Shown here one piece after another: positions 35,589-44,332 of a stretch of 64,000 nt of DNA. Both the position numbers and the translations under genes were made by a program. The stretch lies in the sequence record NC_047880.1; one strand, written 5' to 3'. How positions within the stretch are numbered: position 1 is the stretch's first letter; every line of letters starts with the position of its first letter. The notes below the pieces were generated by a model, which did not search any database, was not told where the DNA came from, and saw nothing but the letters and a program-made list of their open reading frames with translations.

Positions 35589-36530
35589 ATGACTAAAATG
35601 GTTACTATGCCGTGGGAAACTTCTGAGCAACGCAATGACTTTTTCTCTACGCAAGTGCGTCAGTTAGACTTACATCCTGTGTGGAGCTATGTCGAAGTGC
35701 AAAACAATCCTCAGTGGAAAGGTGACCCGCTGCTTCACCACATGCACTATCATTCGACAGAACACATGAAGCAGGTAACTGCACTTGCATTGTGGTTGCT
35801 GACAGAAGAAATGCAGTACGCATGGCAGTATGAAAACGGTGCGCTGCCGCTGGCCGTCGCGTGTATGTTCCACGATATGCACCACTCACTTGGTCGTCTT
35901 AATGATTCAGGCAATATTCTCATCGCCAAAGATGCTTTCAAAAAGTATCTGACCTTCTGTACAGACCAACGTATTATTGATCAGCAAGAGATCATTCTTG
36001 AACTGATTGGCATTACCGAATTCCCTTACATGAAGAACAGACAGCCGAAGAATCTGATTGAGCGCTGTATTCGTGATGCAGATATTCTCTACGGTATGCA
36101 GGATGACGCAATGGACGTAGTGCTATTTGCTCTGCGTCGTGAAGTGAATCGCAACGTCAATACTAATACGCGCTACAACCAAGAACAGTGGGCTACAGGC
36201 CGTGTTGACTTCCTCATGTCCGTTGAGATGTACACACCTACTGCGAATGCAATCATGGCCTGGGCATTAGCTGAGGATAACGATCACAACCATCAATCTA
36301 AGATTGATAGCTGGGCGAAAGAGAATGTATACTTCCGTGATACGACTGCACACCAGCTAAAAGCTAATGACGTGTTGTTCATTGATACGCAGGAAGACAG
36401 TACTCCGAAACGCCGTCTGATCGAAAGTGTTGAGACAGTTCATCCATACCTGAACATATACTTCCACGACGGCTCTGCTATCTCGCTGCGTGATGGAGAG
36501 AGCTGCGTGGTATGCGAAAGACGCAAATAA
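35589..36530 (+). CDS. HD-domain phosphohydrolase
   Basis: YHSTEH ... FHDMHH ... IRDADIL. Confidence 0.85.
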   Translation: MTKMVTMPWETSEQRNDFFSTQVRQLDLHPVWSYVEVQNNPQWKGDPLLHHMHYHSTEHMKQVTALALWLLTEEMQYAWQYENGALPLAVACMFHDMHHSLGRLNDSGNILIAKDAFKKYLTFCTDQRIIDQQEIILELIGITEFPYMKNRQPKNLIERCIRDADILYGMQDDAMDVVLFALRREVNRNVNTNTRYNQEQWATGRVDFLMSVEMYTPTANAIMAWALAEDNDHNHQSKIDSWAKENVYFRDTTAHQLKANDVLFIDTQEDSTPKRRLIESVETVHPYLNIYFHDGSAISLRDGESCVVCERRK

Positions 36531-36531
36531 T

Positions 36532-36575
36532 AGGCTGAAATAGAGGTTCAGCAAACACCTCATATGTGATATAAT
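36532..36575 (+). promoter_or_regulatory. boxed promoter copy
   Basis: AGGCTGAAATAG, 23 nt, then TG-A-TATAAT. Confidence 0.85.
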
Positions 36576-36604
36576 AATCAGACACACATAAAGAGAGAAA
36601 TAGA

Positions 36605-37297
36605 ATGAGAACTTTAAAACGAATCAACATCGGCTCAGATACTAACTTTTTTGCGCTTAACGCAATCGTCGTACCTGTTGCTGCAATCTACATGGACGTC
36701 ACTATGACGGAGTCAGGCAAAGAACTGAAACTACCTGTACGTGTTGATCCGAACGTATCTCCTGAAGCCATGTCGATATTTGTTGAATACAAACTGGATA
36801 TTCCTGTGCTTGCCTGTCATCCGATATCTGATACCGAGTTCTATACAGAGATCGGATTTACGTCAGTTAATGCTCGTCGTTTTAATCTTGAACACAGAGG
36901 TGTTTCGCCTATCGCTTACATGGGAATGCTGCCTGACGTTACCGAATCTGATGTTGGGGATAAACGATACGTTGCGCCTTTATCAGTTTATCAACTTCCT
37001 GAACGTACAGACATTCCTAAACCATTTTCAAAGGTCCGCAGATACGGCGCTGTATTGCGTACTGATTATTTGCACACACCACTTCTTGATGCTATTGATG
37101 ACGAAACGTGGGCCGCTCGTTTGCTGGAGCCAACAGGTATGATGTGGTCTGAATTTCTCGAGGGTGCGACAAACGGTAGATTCACACCAGCCGATGATTT
37201 GTCTGAATGCTTCGGCGATCTGGATGCGGAGTTTGTACCTGAGTCTGACCTAAAGTATCTTGTAGGTCTTAAAGTTAAAAATCGAATGAAGGACTAA
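36605..37297 (+). CDS. hypothetical protein
   Basis: 230 aa, downstream of a promoter. Confidence 0.8.
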   Translation: MRTLKRINIGSDTNFFALNAIVVPVAAIYMDVTMTESGKELKLPVRVDPNVSPEAMSIFVEYKLDIPVLACHPISDTEFYTEIGFTSVNARRFNLEHRGVSPIAYMGMLPDVTESDVGDKRYVAPLSVYQLPERTDIPKPFSKVRRYGAVLRTDYLHTPLLDAIDDETWAARLLEPTGMMWSEFLEGATNGRFTPADDLSECFGDLDAEFVPESDLKYLVGLKVKNRMKD

Positions 37298-37299
37298 TC

Positions 37300-37518
37300 A
37301 TGATGCACGATTTGTATAAGGTAAGTGCTATCCTGTTCTACGCTCTAGGCGCTATGGCATTCCTTGCACATATCGTAGGCTTCATGAAGAACTGGATGAA
37401 GATAAAAGAGATGCGCCAGAAGAGTCGTGACAAGCTGAAAAAATCAGTAACGCCTATGGCAGCAATTCGTCGTCGTCTTAAACAAGCAAAGCGCGATACA
37501 CTGCGCAATAAGAGGTAA
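37300..37518 (+). CDS. small membrane protein (1 TM, basic tail)
   Basis: Hydrophobic N-terminus, K/R-rich C-terminus. Confidence 0.7.
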   Translation: MMHDLYKVSAILFYALGAMAFLAHIVGFMKNWMKIKEMRQKSRDKLKKSVTPMAAIRRRLKQAKRDTLRNKR

Positions 37519-37522
37519 TGCT

Positions 37523-37855
37523 ATGACAACCAAACAACGTAACAGCCAGTATATCCGAAGTCGTGTGATGTTAGCCCTTGATGCAATGTTCGCACGTAAG
37601 CAAGAGCAGAACCTCGCTGATGATACAGCGTTCTCCGTGTTACAGACAGACCTACTTCCTGTTGGGGAAATGATGTTCAGAGATGCCTCAATGATTGAGC
37701 GGTGTCTGCAAAGTCCCCACTTCGTTAATCTCTACGGCGCGTATACAATCACTCCTGCTCGTAATCAAAAAGACGAGCGCGTTGTTGTTTTCGTTCGTGT
37801 GCCTGATATTGATGACGTAGTGCAAGTGGAGGTACTGAACGATGGAACAAATTGA
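37523..37855 (+). CDS. hypothetical protein
   Basis: GAGGT SD, 110 aa. Confidence 0.8.
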   Translation: MTTKQRNSQYIRSRVMLALDAMFARKQEQNLADDTAFSVLQTDLLPVGEMMFRDASMIERCLQSPHFVNLYGAYTITPARNQKDERVVVFVRVPDIDDVVQVEVLNDGTN

Positions 37856-38384
37856 TATGTTCGCTTTCAGAGAAGCGCAATCAGTGACACGATTCTCTGA
37901 GTACCACAACCCTGCTATTTCTGATGATGATCGTGCTAGGACTTGGCGTAAAGCACAAGCAGCCTTTGGTGCCGGACCTGCTGGCAGTCCTATTCGTGTT
38001 GAAACTCTGCACAAACAAGTTGGCCGTGTGCATGAACTTGTTATCGTTCCAAGCGAGTTCTTCCGTGCAAAGCTTGTACAGAACATGGGTGAGCCGCGTG
38101 ATGCAGATGACCAGACCTACTTAACTAACCTGTATACGCATACAGAAACAGTTGGTGCGTTTGTCCGCGACTTTCTTGAGTACGAACAAGACATGGGACT
38201 CGTAGGCTGTATGCCGTTATTCACGGCTGCTACGATATATGAAATCCGTCTCGTCATGTTCTGGCATTTGAATAAACTTGAAACAGTAGACGATTGGACT
38301 GCATGGTTAAAAGCAGTTAGCGACTACATCGATCAAGAGAAGTGTTTCGAAATCCACAGTTCGACTGAACTCTATTCCAAATAA
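37842..38384 (+). CDS. hypothetical protein
   Basis: GGAGG SD, 180 aa. Confidence 0.8.
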   Translation: MEQIDMFAFREAQSVTRFSEYHNPAISDDDRARTWRKAQAAFGAGPAGSPIRVETLHKQVGRVHELVIVPSEFFRAKLVQNMGEPRDADDQTYLTNLYTHTETVGAFVRDFLEYEQDMGLVGCMPLFTAATIYEIRLVMFWHLNKLETVDDWTAWLKAVSDYIDQEKCFEIHSSTELYSK

Positions 38385-38421
38385 GCCGTAATGCTCACGG
38401 GCATTATACAGGAGATACAAA

Positions 38422-39720
38422 ATGTTATTCGATATCCGTAAGAACTTACTCATGGTTCGTGTTGTTATGGGCGGCCAGCCTGTGTACAACTTCTACAATG
38501 CGTGTGGTCGTGAGTATCAACTCACTGGCCTAGTGTGGAAAGAAATTGTAGAGCGCCAGTTCTCTGGTAGTCTGAACGTACAAACTGCGTGGGGTCAAAG
38601 CGTCCGCATTGATCGTCAGACTTTCATCTTCGACGAATCGGGTGACATGTTGATTCGCCTGTATGTAGGTCCGTACGGTTCAATTGATGTACCTGTCGCT
38701 GATGTGACTAACGGCGATTCTATCTTCAACGTGATTGACGGTGTGTGCATTGAAGACTCAATGCGTGGTGATATCCGCGCCCACCTGCGGGCAACAAACA
38801 GACCTGTTGAAAACATTGTCTGGTATCATGATATGTCTGATACTGAGCTGCGTATTGTTCTCAAGAGCTTCGGGCAAGGTCCGATGCGTATCGACAAAGC
38901 TGACACAGAAGGTCTGCATAAGATCTGGGAAACGTTTATCGAACGTCACGATGACGTGTACAAATACACGCACAGAGCAATCGGTATTGAAGACGATGAA
39001 AAGATTCCTGCTGATCTGCGCCCTGAAAGTCTGCGCCCGATTTCAAAACGTTCTATGGCTCCGAATAAAACCGTTGAGCTGATGAACGTTGCTCTATTTG
39101 ACATACTCAAAGTCATGGCCATTATTCCTGTAGATGCGGAGAATGGACTTGATCGCCAGCAGTTGCATGACATTGTTTTCGAGTGGTACAAGTCGCTTGA
39201 AGATGATCGCCTGCCTACGTACTTGAGAAACCCTCAGTTCACTGTCAATTTCATCTACGGTATGTTGCCCGACTATGATTGGAAAACAATCAATGACGAG
39301 ACAGAAGACTATCAACAATCTCTCGTCCGCGCTGCGCTTATCGAGCTGGAAAAAGAATTCGAATTAAATCCACGCCCAGAATTGAAGCAGACTGGTGCGT
39401 GTAAGCTTCCTGAGCTGAGGCTTCTCTCTGATGTGAAGTGGGCTATAGTGCGCCGCGTCTTACGCACTATTGAGACACGTTGTGCTTTGGGTCATGACGT
39501 ACTTCGTATCGGCATCCCAGACGTTCTCAAACTTCTTGAGCAAGATGATGTATTGTCCTCGCTGCACAAAAGCCAGCTTGTGACTCTTGCTAGTGCTTTA
39601 AGCCACTTTGAAGCAGCAAAACAAAATACAGAATACCTGAAAGAACTAATTACATATGCGGCGCTGAACATAGAACGTCTTTCAGATGAAGCCGACGAAG
39701 AGGAAGAAGAAGACGAGTAA
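38422..39720 (+). CDS. hypothetical protein
   Basis: AGGAG SD, 432 aa, acidic C-terminus. Confidence 0.85.
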   Translation: MLFDIRKNLLMVRVVMGGQPVYNFYNACGREYQLTGLVWKEIVERQFSGSLNVQTAWGQSVRIDRQTFIFDESGDMLIRLYVGPYGSIDVPVADVTNGDSIFNVIDGVCIEDSMRGDIRAHLRATNRPVENIVWYHDMSDTELRIVLKSFGQGPMRIDKADTEGLHKIWETFIERHDDVYKYTHRAIGIEDDEKIPADLRPESLRPISKRSMAPNKTVELMNVALFDILKVMAIIPVDAENGLDRQQLHDIVFEWYKSLEDDRLPTYLRNPQFTVNFIYGMLPDYDWKTINDETEDYQQSLVRAALIELEKEFELNPRPELKQTGACKLPELRLLSDVKWAIVRRVLRTIETRCALGHDVLRIGIPDVLKLLEQDDVLSSLHKSQLVTLASALSHFEAAKQNTEYLKELITYAALNIERLSDEADEEEEEDE

Positions 39721-39769
39721 GCTTCTTCCGATTCACACTCAATCATACCTAACATTGTAGGGAACAAAA

Positions 39770-40201
39770 ATGGTACAGTTTAATAAAAAGATTCTTGTAG
39801 TTGACCGCGTGTCTCTCGTAATGAATGACGAAACTATTGCTGCGTGGGGAATAGCTGCTGGTGCTGATCGTGAAGGCGCAGCGACTAACACTGCCCTGAT
39901 ACTCGGCAAGCTGCAACGTGATATCGCTTGTTCGCTTTATACGAACCATCCAGAAGCTGCGCTGCGTGGAGAAATTCTCTGGACCTCTTACGGTAGCGTG
40001 TCACTGCAAGGTCTGTTCGTCATTGCGTCTAATGCTGACAATGAACTCCTCAACTCTATCGAAGATCAGGATTACCTGTGCCATCTTCGTAGCATTCAGG
40101 AAGTTGCCACTGCCTCTGGTTTTAACGTCAACATCCAGCGCGTTCAAACGTCATTCCCGATCAATACAATCGAAGTACCTGCGTCTCTCTTAAACTCCTG
40201 A
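39770..40201 (+). CDS. hypothetical protein
   Basis: AGGGA SD, 143 aa. Confidence 0.8.
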   Translation: MVQFNKKILVVDRVSLVMNDETIAAWGIAAGADREGAATNTALILGKLQRDIACSLYTNHPEAALRGEILWTSYGSVSLQGLFVIASNADNELLNSIEDQDYLCHLRSIQEVATASGFNVNIQRVQTSFPINTIEVPASLLNS

Positions 40202-40210
40202 GGTGATATC

Positions 40211-40510
40211 ATGACAACAAAGACAATGACAGTACCGAATGCTGTAATCGTTTGCGCCATGCGTGAGTCTAGTTCTTTCATGGGGCAGAAAGCAGACGGC
40301 TGGGTTTATCTGCCAAGCAAAGAAGCGCTCGAACAATTCAAGAAACACATTGAACAACACAAGCGCATTGAGGAGTACAGCTACATTGTGAGCATAGACC
40401 TCAAAGTAATCAATGAAGCGGGTATGCTGCAACTCGCGGACTGCATCAACGACGAAGATGATCGCCCGTGGCTGTGGTCGAATGATGACTTCTCTGTCAA
40501 GCTGTGGTAG
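40211..40510 (+). CDS. hypothetical protein
   Basis: GAGGTG SD, 99 aa. Confidence 0.8.
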   Translation: MTTKTMTVPNAVIVCAMRESSSFMGQKADGWVYLPSKEALEQFKKHIEQHKRIEEYSYIVSIDLKVINEAGMLQLADCINDEDDRPWLWSNDDFSVKLW

Positions 40511-40515
40511 CTATC

Positions 40516-40574
40516 AAGTCTGCACAAAATAGGCTGAAATAGCGGTATCAATAAAAGCCTCAATATGATACAAT
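40516..40574 (+). promoter_or_regulatory. boxed promoter copy
   Basis: AAGTCTGCACAAAATAGGCTGAAATAG, 23 nt, then TG-A-TACAAT. Confidence 0.85.
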
Positions 40575-40627
40575 AGAAGCGTAGCAGATGCTGCGCTTTT
40601 TTACTTTATAGTCTGAGGAGACTCGTT

Positions 40628-41092
40628 ATGTTAGAACCAATCAAATTCAATCAGTCTGAAATCGATCTGCAAGACGCAATCATGGAAGTAGCTGTGAGCA
40701 ACGTTATCAAGCTGACACCTAACTGGACTGATATTTGTCTTGCTGCTGCCCGCCTGTATCTGACAACCTGCGATATGCTTAACGGAACAATTCCTGAAAT
40801 CCGTTTCATTCATAACGGAAAGTCTACTCGCCTTGAGTACCGTCTCAAAGAAGTTGAAGGTACCGAAGATTTTGAAGCTGACGCTGCGGACATTGAAAAG
40901 CAGAAAGCAATTCTCGACGCGATGTTTGACACTGCTGAGAAATCAGAAGACGGATTCAGTTACGGCGACTTGCTGATCTGTTCGGGTCGTTTGTTCATGA
41001 TTGGTTACGATGGTCTTGCTGGAACCAAAGACGTTCTGAAATTCCGTCACAACAAAAAGAACTTCACTATGCACCTTGTTGAGGCCAAATAA
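40628..41092 (+). CDS. hypothetical protein
   Basis: SD in hairpin AGTCT-GAGG-AGACT. Confidence 0.85.
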   Translation: MLEPIKFNQSEIDLQDAIMEVAVSNVIKLTPNWTDICLAAARLYLTTCDMLNGTIPEIRFIHNGKSTRLEYRLKEVEGTEDFEADAADIEKQKAILDAMFDTAEKSEDGFSYGDLLICSGRLFMIGYDGLAGTKDVLKFRHNKKNFTMHLVEAK

Positions 41093-41725
41093 ATGGAAAC
41101 CTATTTCGTACTCAAACGTCACATGCGCGATAGCCGCAATCTTGCATTCTTCCACGACGATAAGTGTCTGGCGATGTTCTCAACACGCTTGATGCAACGT
41201 GTGCTGGAAATTCTTGAGCTGCCTACAGTTATGTCCACAATCGTTTGGGCAGACGACAAAGAAACGCACAACCGTCTGTTGATCGTTGACCGCTCATTCA
41301 TAACACGCGACAACGAAATGCGCACTAACTTTGAACTGTCGATGATCACTTCGCCTGCTGGCCGTCCTGATTATTCGATACCTGTTGATGTGTGTCGTAT
41401 GCACGACGGCATCACACCGTACATCAAAGAGATTCGCATTGAACAGGCGATTGCTCAACTCATGCTGAAAGAGATTCAAACTCTGCTGCTGTCTGAACCT
41501 AAAGAAGACGACGAAGACATGTATGAGTCTCTTTTAGACGGCGACGAAGTATCGGACATAGAATTCTCTCCTGAGTTCCTGCGTCAGGAAATTGCCGACG
41601 GCTATCGCACAGAAGACTACATGCTTCGCCTGAGCATTGAAGACGTATTGGAGATACACGATAAAGAAGTCGGAGTATTCATGCCAGACCACGAAGACCA
41701 AGACCAAACACCTTTCTATTATTAA
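41093..41725 (+). CDS. hypothetical protein
   Basis: GAGG SD, 210 aa. Confidence 0.8.
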   Translation: METYFVLKRHMRDSRNLAFFHDDKCLAMFSTRLMQRVLEILELPTVMSTIVWADDKETHNRLLIVDRSFITRDNEMRTNFELSMITSPAGRPDYSIPVDVCRMHDGITPYIKEIRIEQAIAQLMLKEIQTLLLSEPKEDDEDMYESLLDGDEVSDIEFSPEFLRQEIADGYRTEDYMLRLSIEDVLEIHDKEVGVFMPDHEDQDQTPFYY

Positions 41726-41736
41726 GGCAGTACAGA

Positions 41737-41928
41737 ATGAAAACAACAAGTGACCTTGTCAAAGAACTCAAACAACATGGCGTCTTGATTATTGAAGACC
41801 ACATGAAACACACTCTGCCTGATTTAACTTTCACGCTTGATTGTATGTGTATCACTTATTCTAAGCGTGAGATTGAAAGTACCAAGCTGGGCCGTGTTGT
41901 TCGTATTCGAATGATGGCCGCACACTAA
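41737..41928 (+). CDS. hypothetical protein
   Basis: 63 aa, AAGG SD. Confidence 0.65.
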   Translation: MKTTSDLVKELKQHGVLIIEDHMKHTLPDLTFTLDCMCITYSKREIESTKLGRVVRIRMMAAH

Positions 41929-42052
41929 TACATGCGGTTTGCCTGACGTGCCTCACACTCAACCACGCATTTGCGGGTGGCATAGTCGGGCTCTTTTTGA
42001 AATGTGTTTGTTTGACGCGCATTACATAAAGATAAACCAACAGGAGGCTGTT

Positions 42053-42391
42053 ATGAACAGATTTACCGCAGTATCGAAAGACGCACAAATCGTTTTGCTG
42101 AGTTGCGCTCTCGCAGGCACGCTGAACATTCTAGGCAGAGAACATCAAGACGGCGGAAAGCAGGTATTCGAATTCACCCTTGCTAAAATTGGCCTCGCAC
42201 CAGACGAGTTCAAATTCATTCTTGATCAAATGTCGTCTGATGTGGAAGAAGAAGTCAGATCTGTTACTGGTCTGCCTGACGAAGACGAAGACACCGCGTC
42301 TGATTTAGACACTATGGAAGACAGCCCAAACAAAGGCGAATATGATACAAGCCGCATGAACAAAGATGGCTGGGAAGATTTAGACCGCTAA
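42053..42391 (+). CDS. hypothetical acidic protein
   Basis: SD in hairpin AACAG-GAGG-CTGTT, ATG at 42053. Confidence 0.8.
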   Translation: MNRFTAVSKDAQIVLLSCALAGTLNILGREHQDGGKQVFEFTLAKIGLAPDEFKFILDQMSSDVEEEVRSVTGLPDEDEDTASDLDTMEDSPNKGEYDTSRMNKDGWEDLDR

Positions 42392-42395
42392 TGTG

Positions 42396-42454
42396 AAGTC
42401 TGCATAAAACAGGCTAAAATAGAGGTTGAGACATATATCAACACCTGTTATACT
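42396..42454 (+). promoter_or_regulatory. boxed promoter copy driving a non-coding segment
   Basis: AAGTCTGCATAAAACAGGCTAAAATAG, 23 nt, then TG-T-TATACT; TTGAGA -35. Confidence 0.85.
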
Positions 42455-42460
42455 TATTAG

Positions 42461-42600
42461 ACAGCGAGACATATGTGTTGCTGAGTTCGATTGATAGCTT
42501 TTAGCTGTATGTGAACTTTTCCCCCGCATACAGCTCTTTTTAAAGTGACTTGATTGAGGTTGCTTTAAAAAAGACCAGCTATTTGATGTATGCAAAAAGT
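42461..42600 (+). ncRNA. candidate structured small RNA
   Basis: ORF-free ~140 nt between two promoters; 5' hairpin plus a three-way junction (helices 42494-99/42577-82, 42503-11/42527-35, 42536-49/42559-73). Confidence 0.5.
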
Positions 42601-42643
42601 TGGACGAAATAGCGGTTGTGCAAAATGCTCTGCCTGCTATACT
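42601..42643 (+). promoter_or_regulatory. boxed promoter, variant copy
   Basis: TGGACGAAATAG, 22 nt, then TG-C-TATACT; TTGTGC -35. Confidence 0.75.
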
Positions 42644-42708
42644 TATATCTCTAGCGCAATAACGCGCACAACGTAGTATCTCATATACAATACTGAGGAG
42701 TATTAATC

Positions 42709-44247
42709 ATGGCTATCGAAACTAACACAAATCTGGTTGGCAAAACTATCGTTCTGTTGGACGGCACTAAAACTAAAATCACTGATGCAATCGCGTCTGG
42801 TTATAAAGTGAAAAGCCGCACAGCCCGCGTATCAACTCGTTGTGTAGTTAAAGACGGCGCTCACTTCCGTGAAATCGAGCGCATGAACATGAGCCAGTTA
42901 GAAGATACAGGCGAAGGTTACGTGAAAGTGAAAGACGCGAAAGCGACCAAGTCTGCTAAAACCGCGAAAGCTGAAAAGCCAGCTAAGACCGCGAAGACAA
43001 CCAAAGCAGATAAGAAACCTGCTAAGCCGTCTAAGAAAGACGAACCTGCTCCGAAAGTTCGCAGCAAGAAAGAAAAAGAAGCGAAGCAACAAGAAGATTA
43101 CTTGAGCCTCGCAACTGCGATCATTAAAGGCGGCAAGAAAGTTGCGCCTGTCGAAATCGAAGCAACCGACGCTGAACTGACAGACGCGATTGCAAAACGT
43201 CTGGTCGATGTTCTCGAAAATACCGAAATCGCCCGTGTAGCTGCTGACAACAAAACGCCGATCGCAAACGCAATCGCAATCACGTACGGCGCTGAGTTCG
43301 CCGAAGAAGCTAACGTGCTTCAAATCACGCTGAACCTGCAATACGCTAAGCCTGTAGTATCAGCGCCTGAGCCTGAGCTGGATGAAGCTGTTGCTCGTCG
43401 TGCTGCTAAACTCGCCGCTAAGAAAGTGGGCAAAGTGCTGGCGAAAGCGATCAAAACTGCATTCGACCTCGAAGATGCAAACGACCTGCTGCCTGGTACC
43501 GTGTTGCTCAAAGCAGAAGAAGAGTTTATCTTCTGCGGCGAAAGCGCGAAACATGCAGGCAAAGCGCTGCTGTACAAAACAGCCGACGATAAGTTTGCGT
43601 CTGTCGCTGCTGATGCTCTGACTGAATACGAAATTGTTCAGGAAGAAGCTGAGGCCGAAGAAGAGGAAGAGGAAGAGGAAGCTGATGAAGACCTCGATGA
43701 CTCTGACGCTTATTCATACATCGCCGTTGATAAAGACCAGCTCGCACTCGTTAACAAGAAAGTGACTGCTAAGTATCACGCTGCAACCGCTGAACGTTTC
43801 GGCGTTAGCGAAGAAGCTCTGGTCCCTGGCCTTGTCGTTACAGACGGCGACACAACGTTTGCTTATCTGGGCTTCGATAGCAAAGGCGGTATGCTCGTCA
43901 TTGACAATGAAGCCGAAGATCAAGATGTTCTGTGCTACTCAAAAGCAGACATTAAATCTCTGGTAGACTTCTCGCCAGTAGTTGGCGAAGCGGACGAAGC
44001 TGATTCTGACGACGAAGAAGACCTCGACGACGAAGAAGAAGCTGCTGATGACGAAGAGGAAGAGGAAGCAGACGACGAAGAAGAAGCTGATGATGACTTC
44101 GACTTCGGCTCTGATATCCCGTCAGAAGATCTTGAAGACCTGACCGCTGATGAACTGCGTGACCGTGTTGTTCACTTAGGTCTGTCTACCCAGAAGAAAG
44201 CAGATCGCATGGACGAAGACGAACTCCGCGCACTGCTGACTGAATAA
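42709..44247 (+). CDS. multi-domain protein with a K/A/P-rich linker and poly-D/E tracts
   Basis: SD hairpin AATACT-GAGG-AGTATT; 512 aa. Confidence 0.9.
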   Translation: MAIETNTNLVGKTIVLLDGTKTKITDAIASGYKVKSRTARVSTRCVVKDGAHFREIERMNMSQLEDTGEGYVKVKDAKATKSAKTAKAEKPAKTAKTTKADKKPAKPSKKDEPAPKVRSKKEKEAKQQEDYLSLATAIIKGGKKVAPVEIEATDAELTDAIAKRLVDVLENTEIARVAADNKTPIANAIAITYGAEFAEEANVLQITLNLQYAKPVVSAPEPELDEAVARRAAKLAAKKVGKVLAKAIKTAFDLEDANDLLPGTVLLKAEEEFIFCGESAKHAGKALLYKTADDKFASVAADALTEYEIVQEEAEAEEEEEEEEADEDLDDSDAYSYIAVDKDQLALVNKKVTAKYHAATAERFGVSEEALVPGLVVTDGDTTFAYLGFDSKGGMLVIDNEAEDQDVLCYSKADIKSLVDFSPVVGEADEADSDDEEDLDDEEEAADDEEEEEADDEEEADDDFDFGSDIPSEDLEDLTADELRDRVVHLGLSTQKKADRMDEDELRALLTE

Positions 44248-44332
44248 GCTGTACTCACTGTAAACTGATATGATAGCGGTCTATGAAGGCCGCTATACTT
44301 TGACTAATCGCGCTGATTGAGGAATCACAACT

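Noticed and set aside
41939-42052. N-terminal extension of the 42053 ORF (also the ORF-track extensions at 5540, 13675, 16435, 23554, 23992, 55436, 57438, 59741)
   Set aside because: These upstream TTG/GTG/ATG starts run through terminators, promoters or other genes. Downstream ATGs have SD sequences, clear in most cases and weak at 5621, 24220 and 59822.
42461-42600. Possible tRNA or tmRNA
   Set aside because: No cloverleaf, TTCGA T-loop in the right context or CCA end could be built. It is kept as an unassigned ncRNA candidate.
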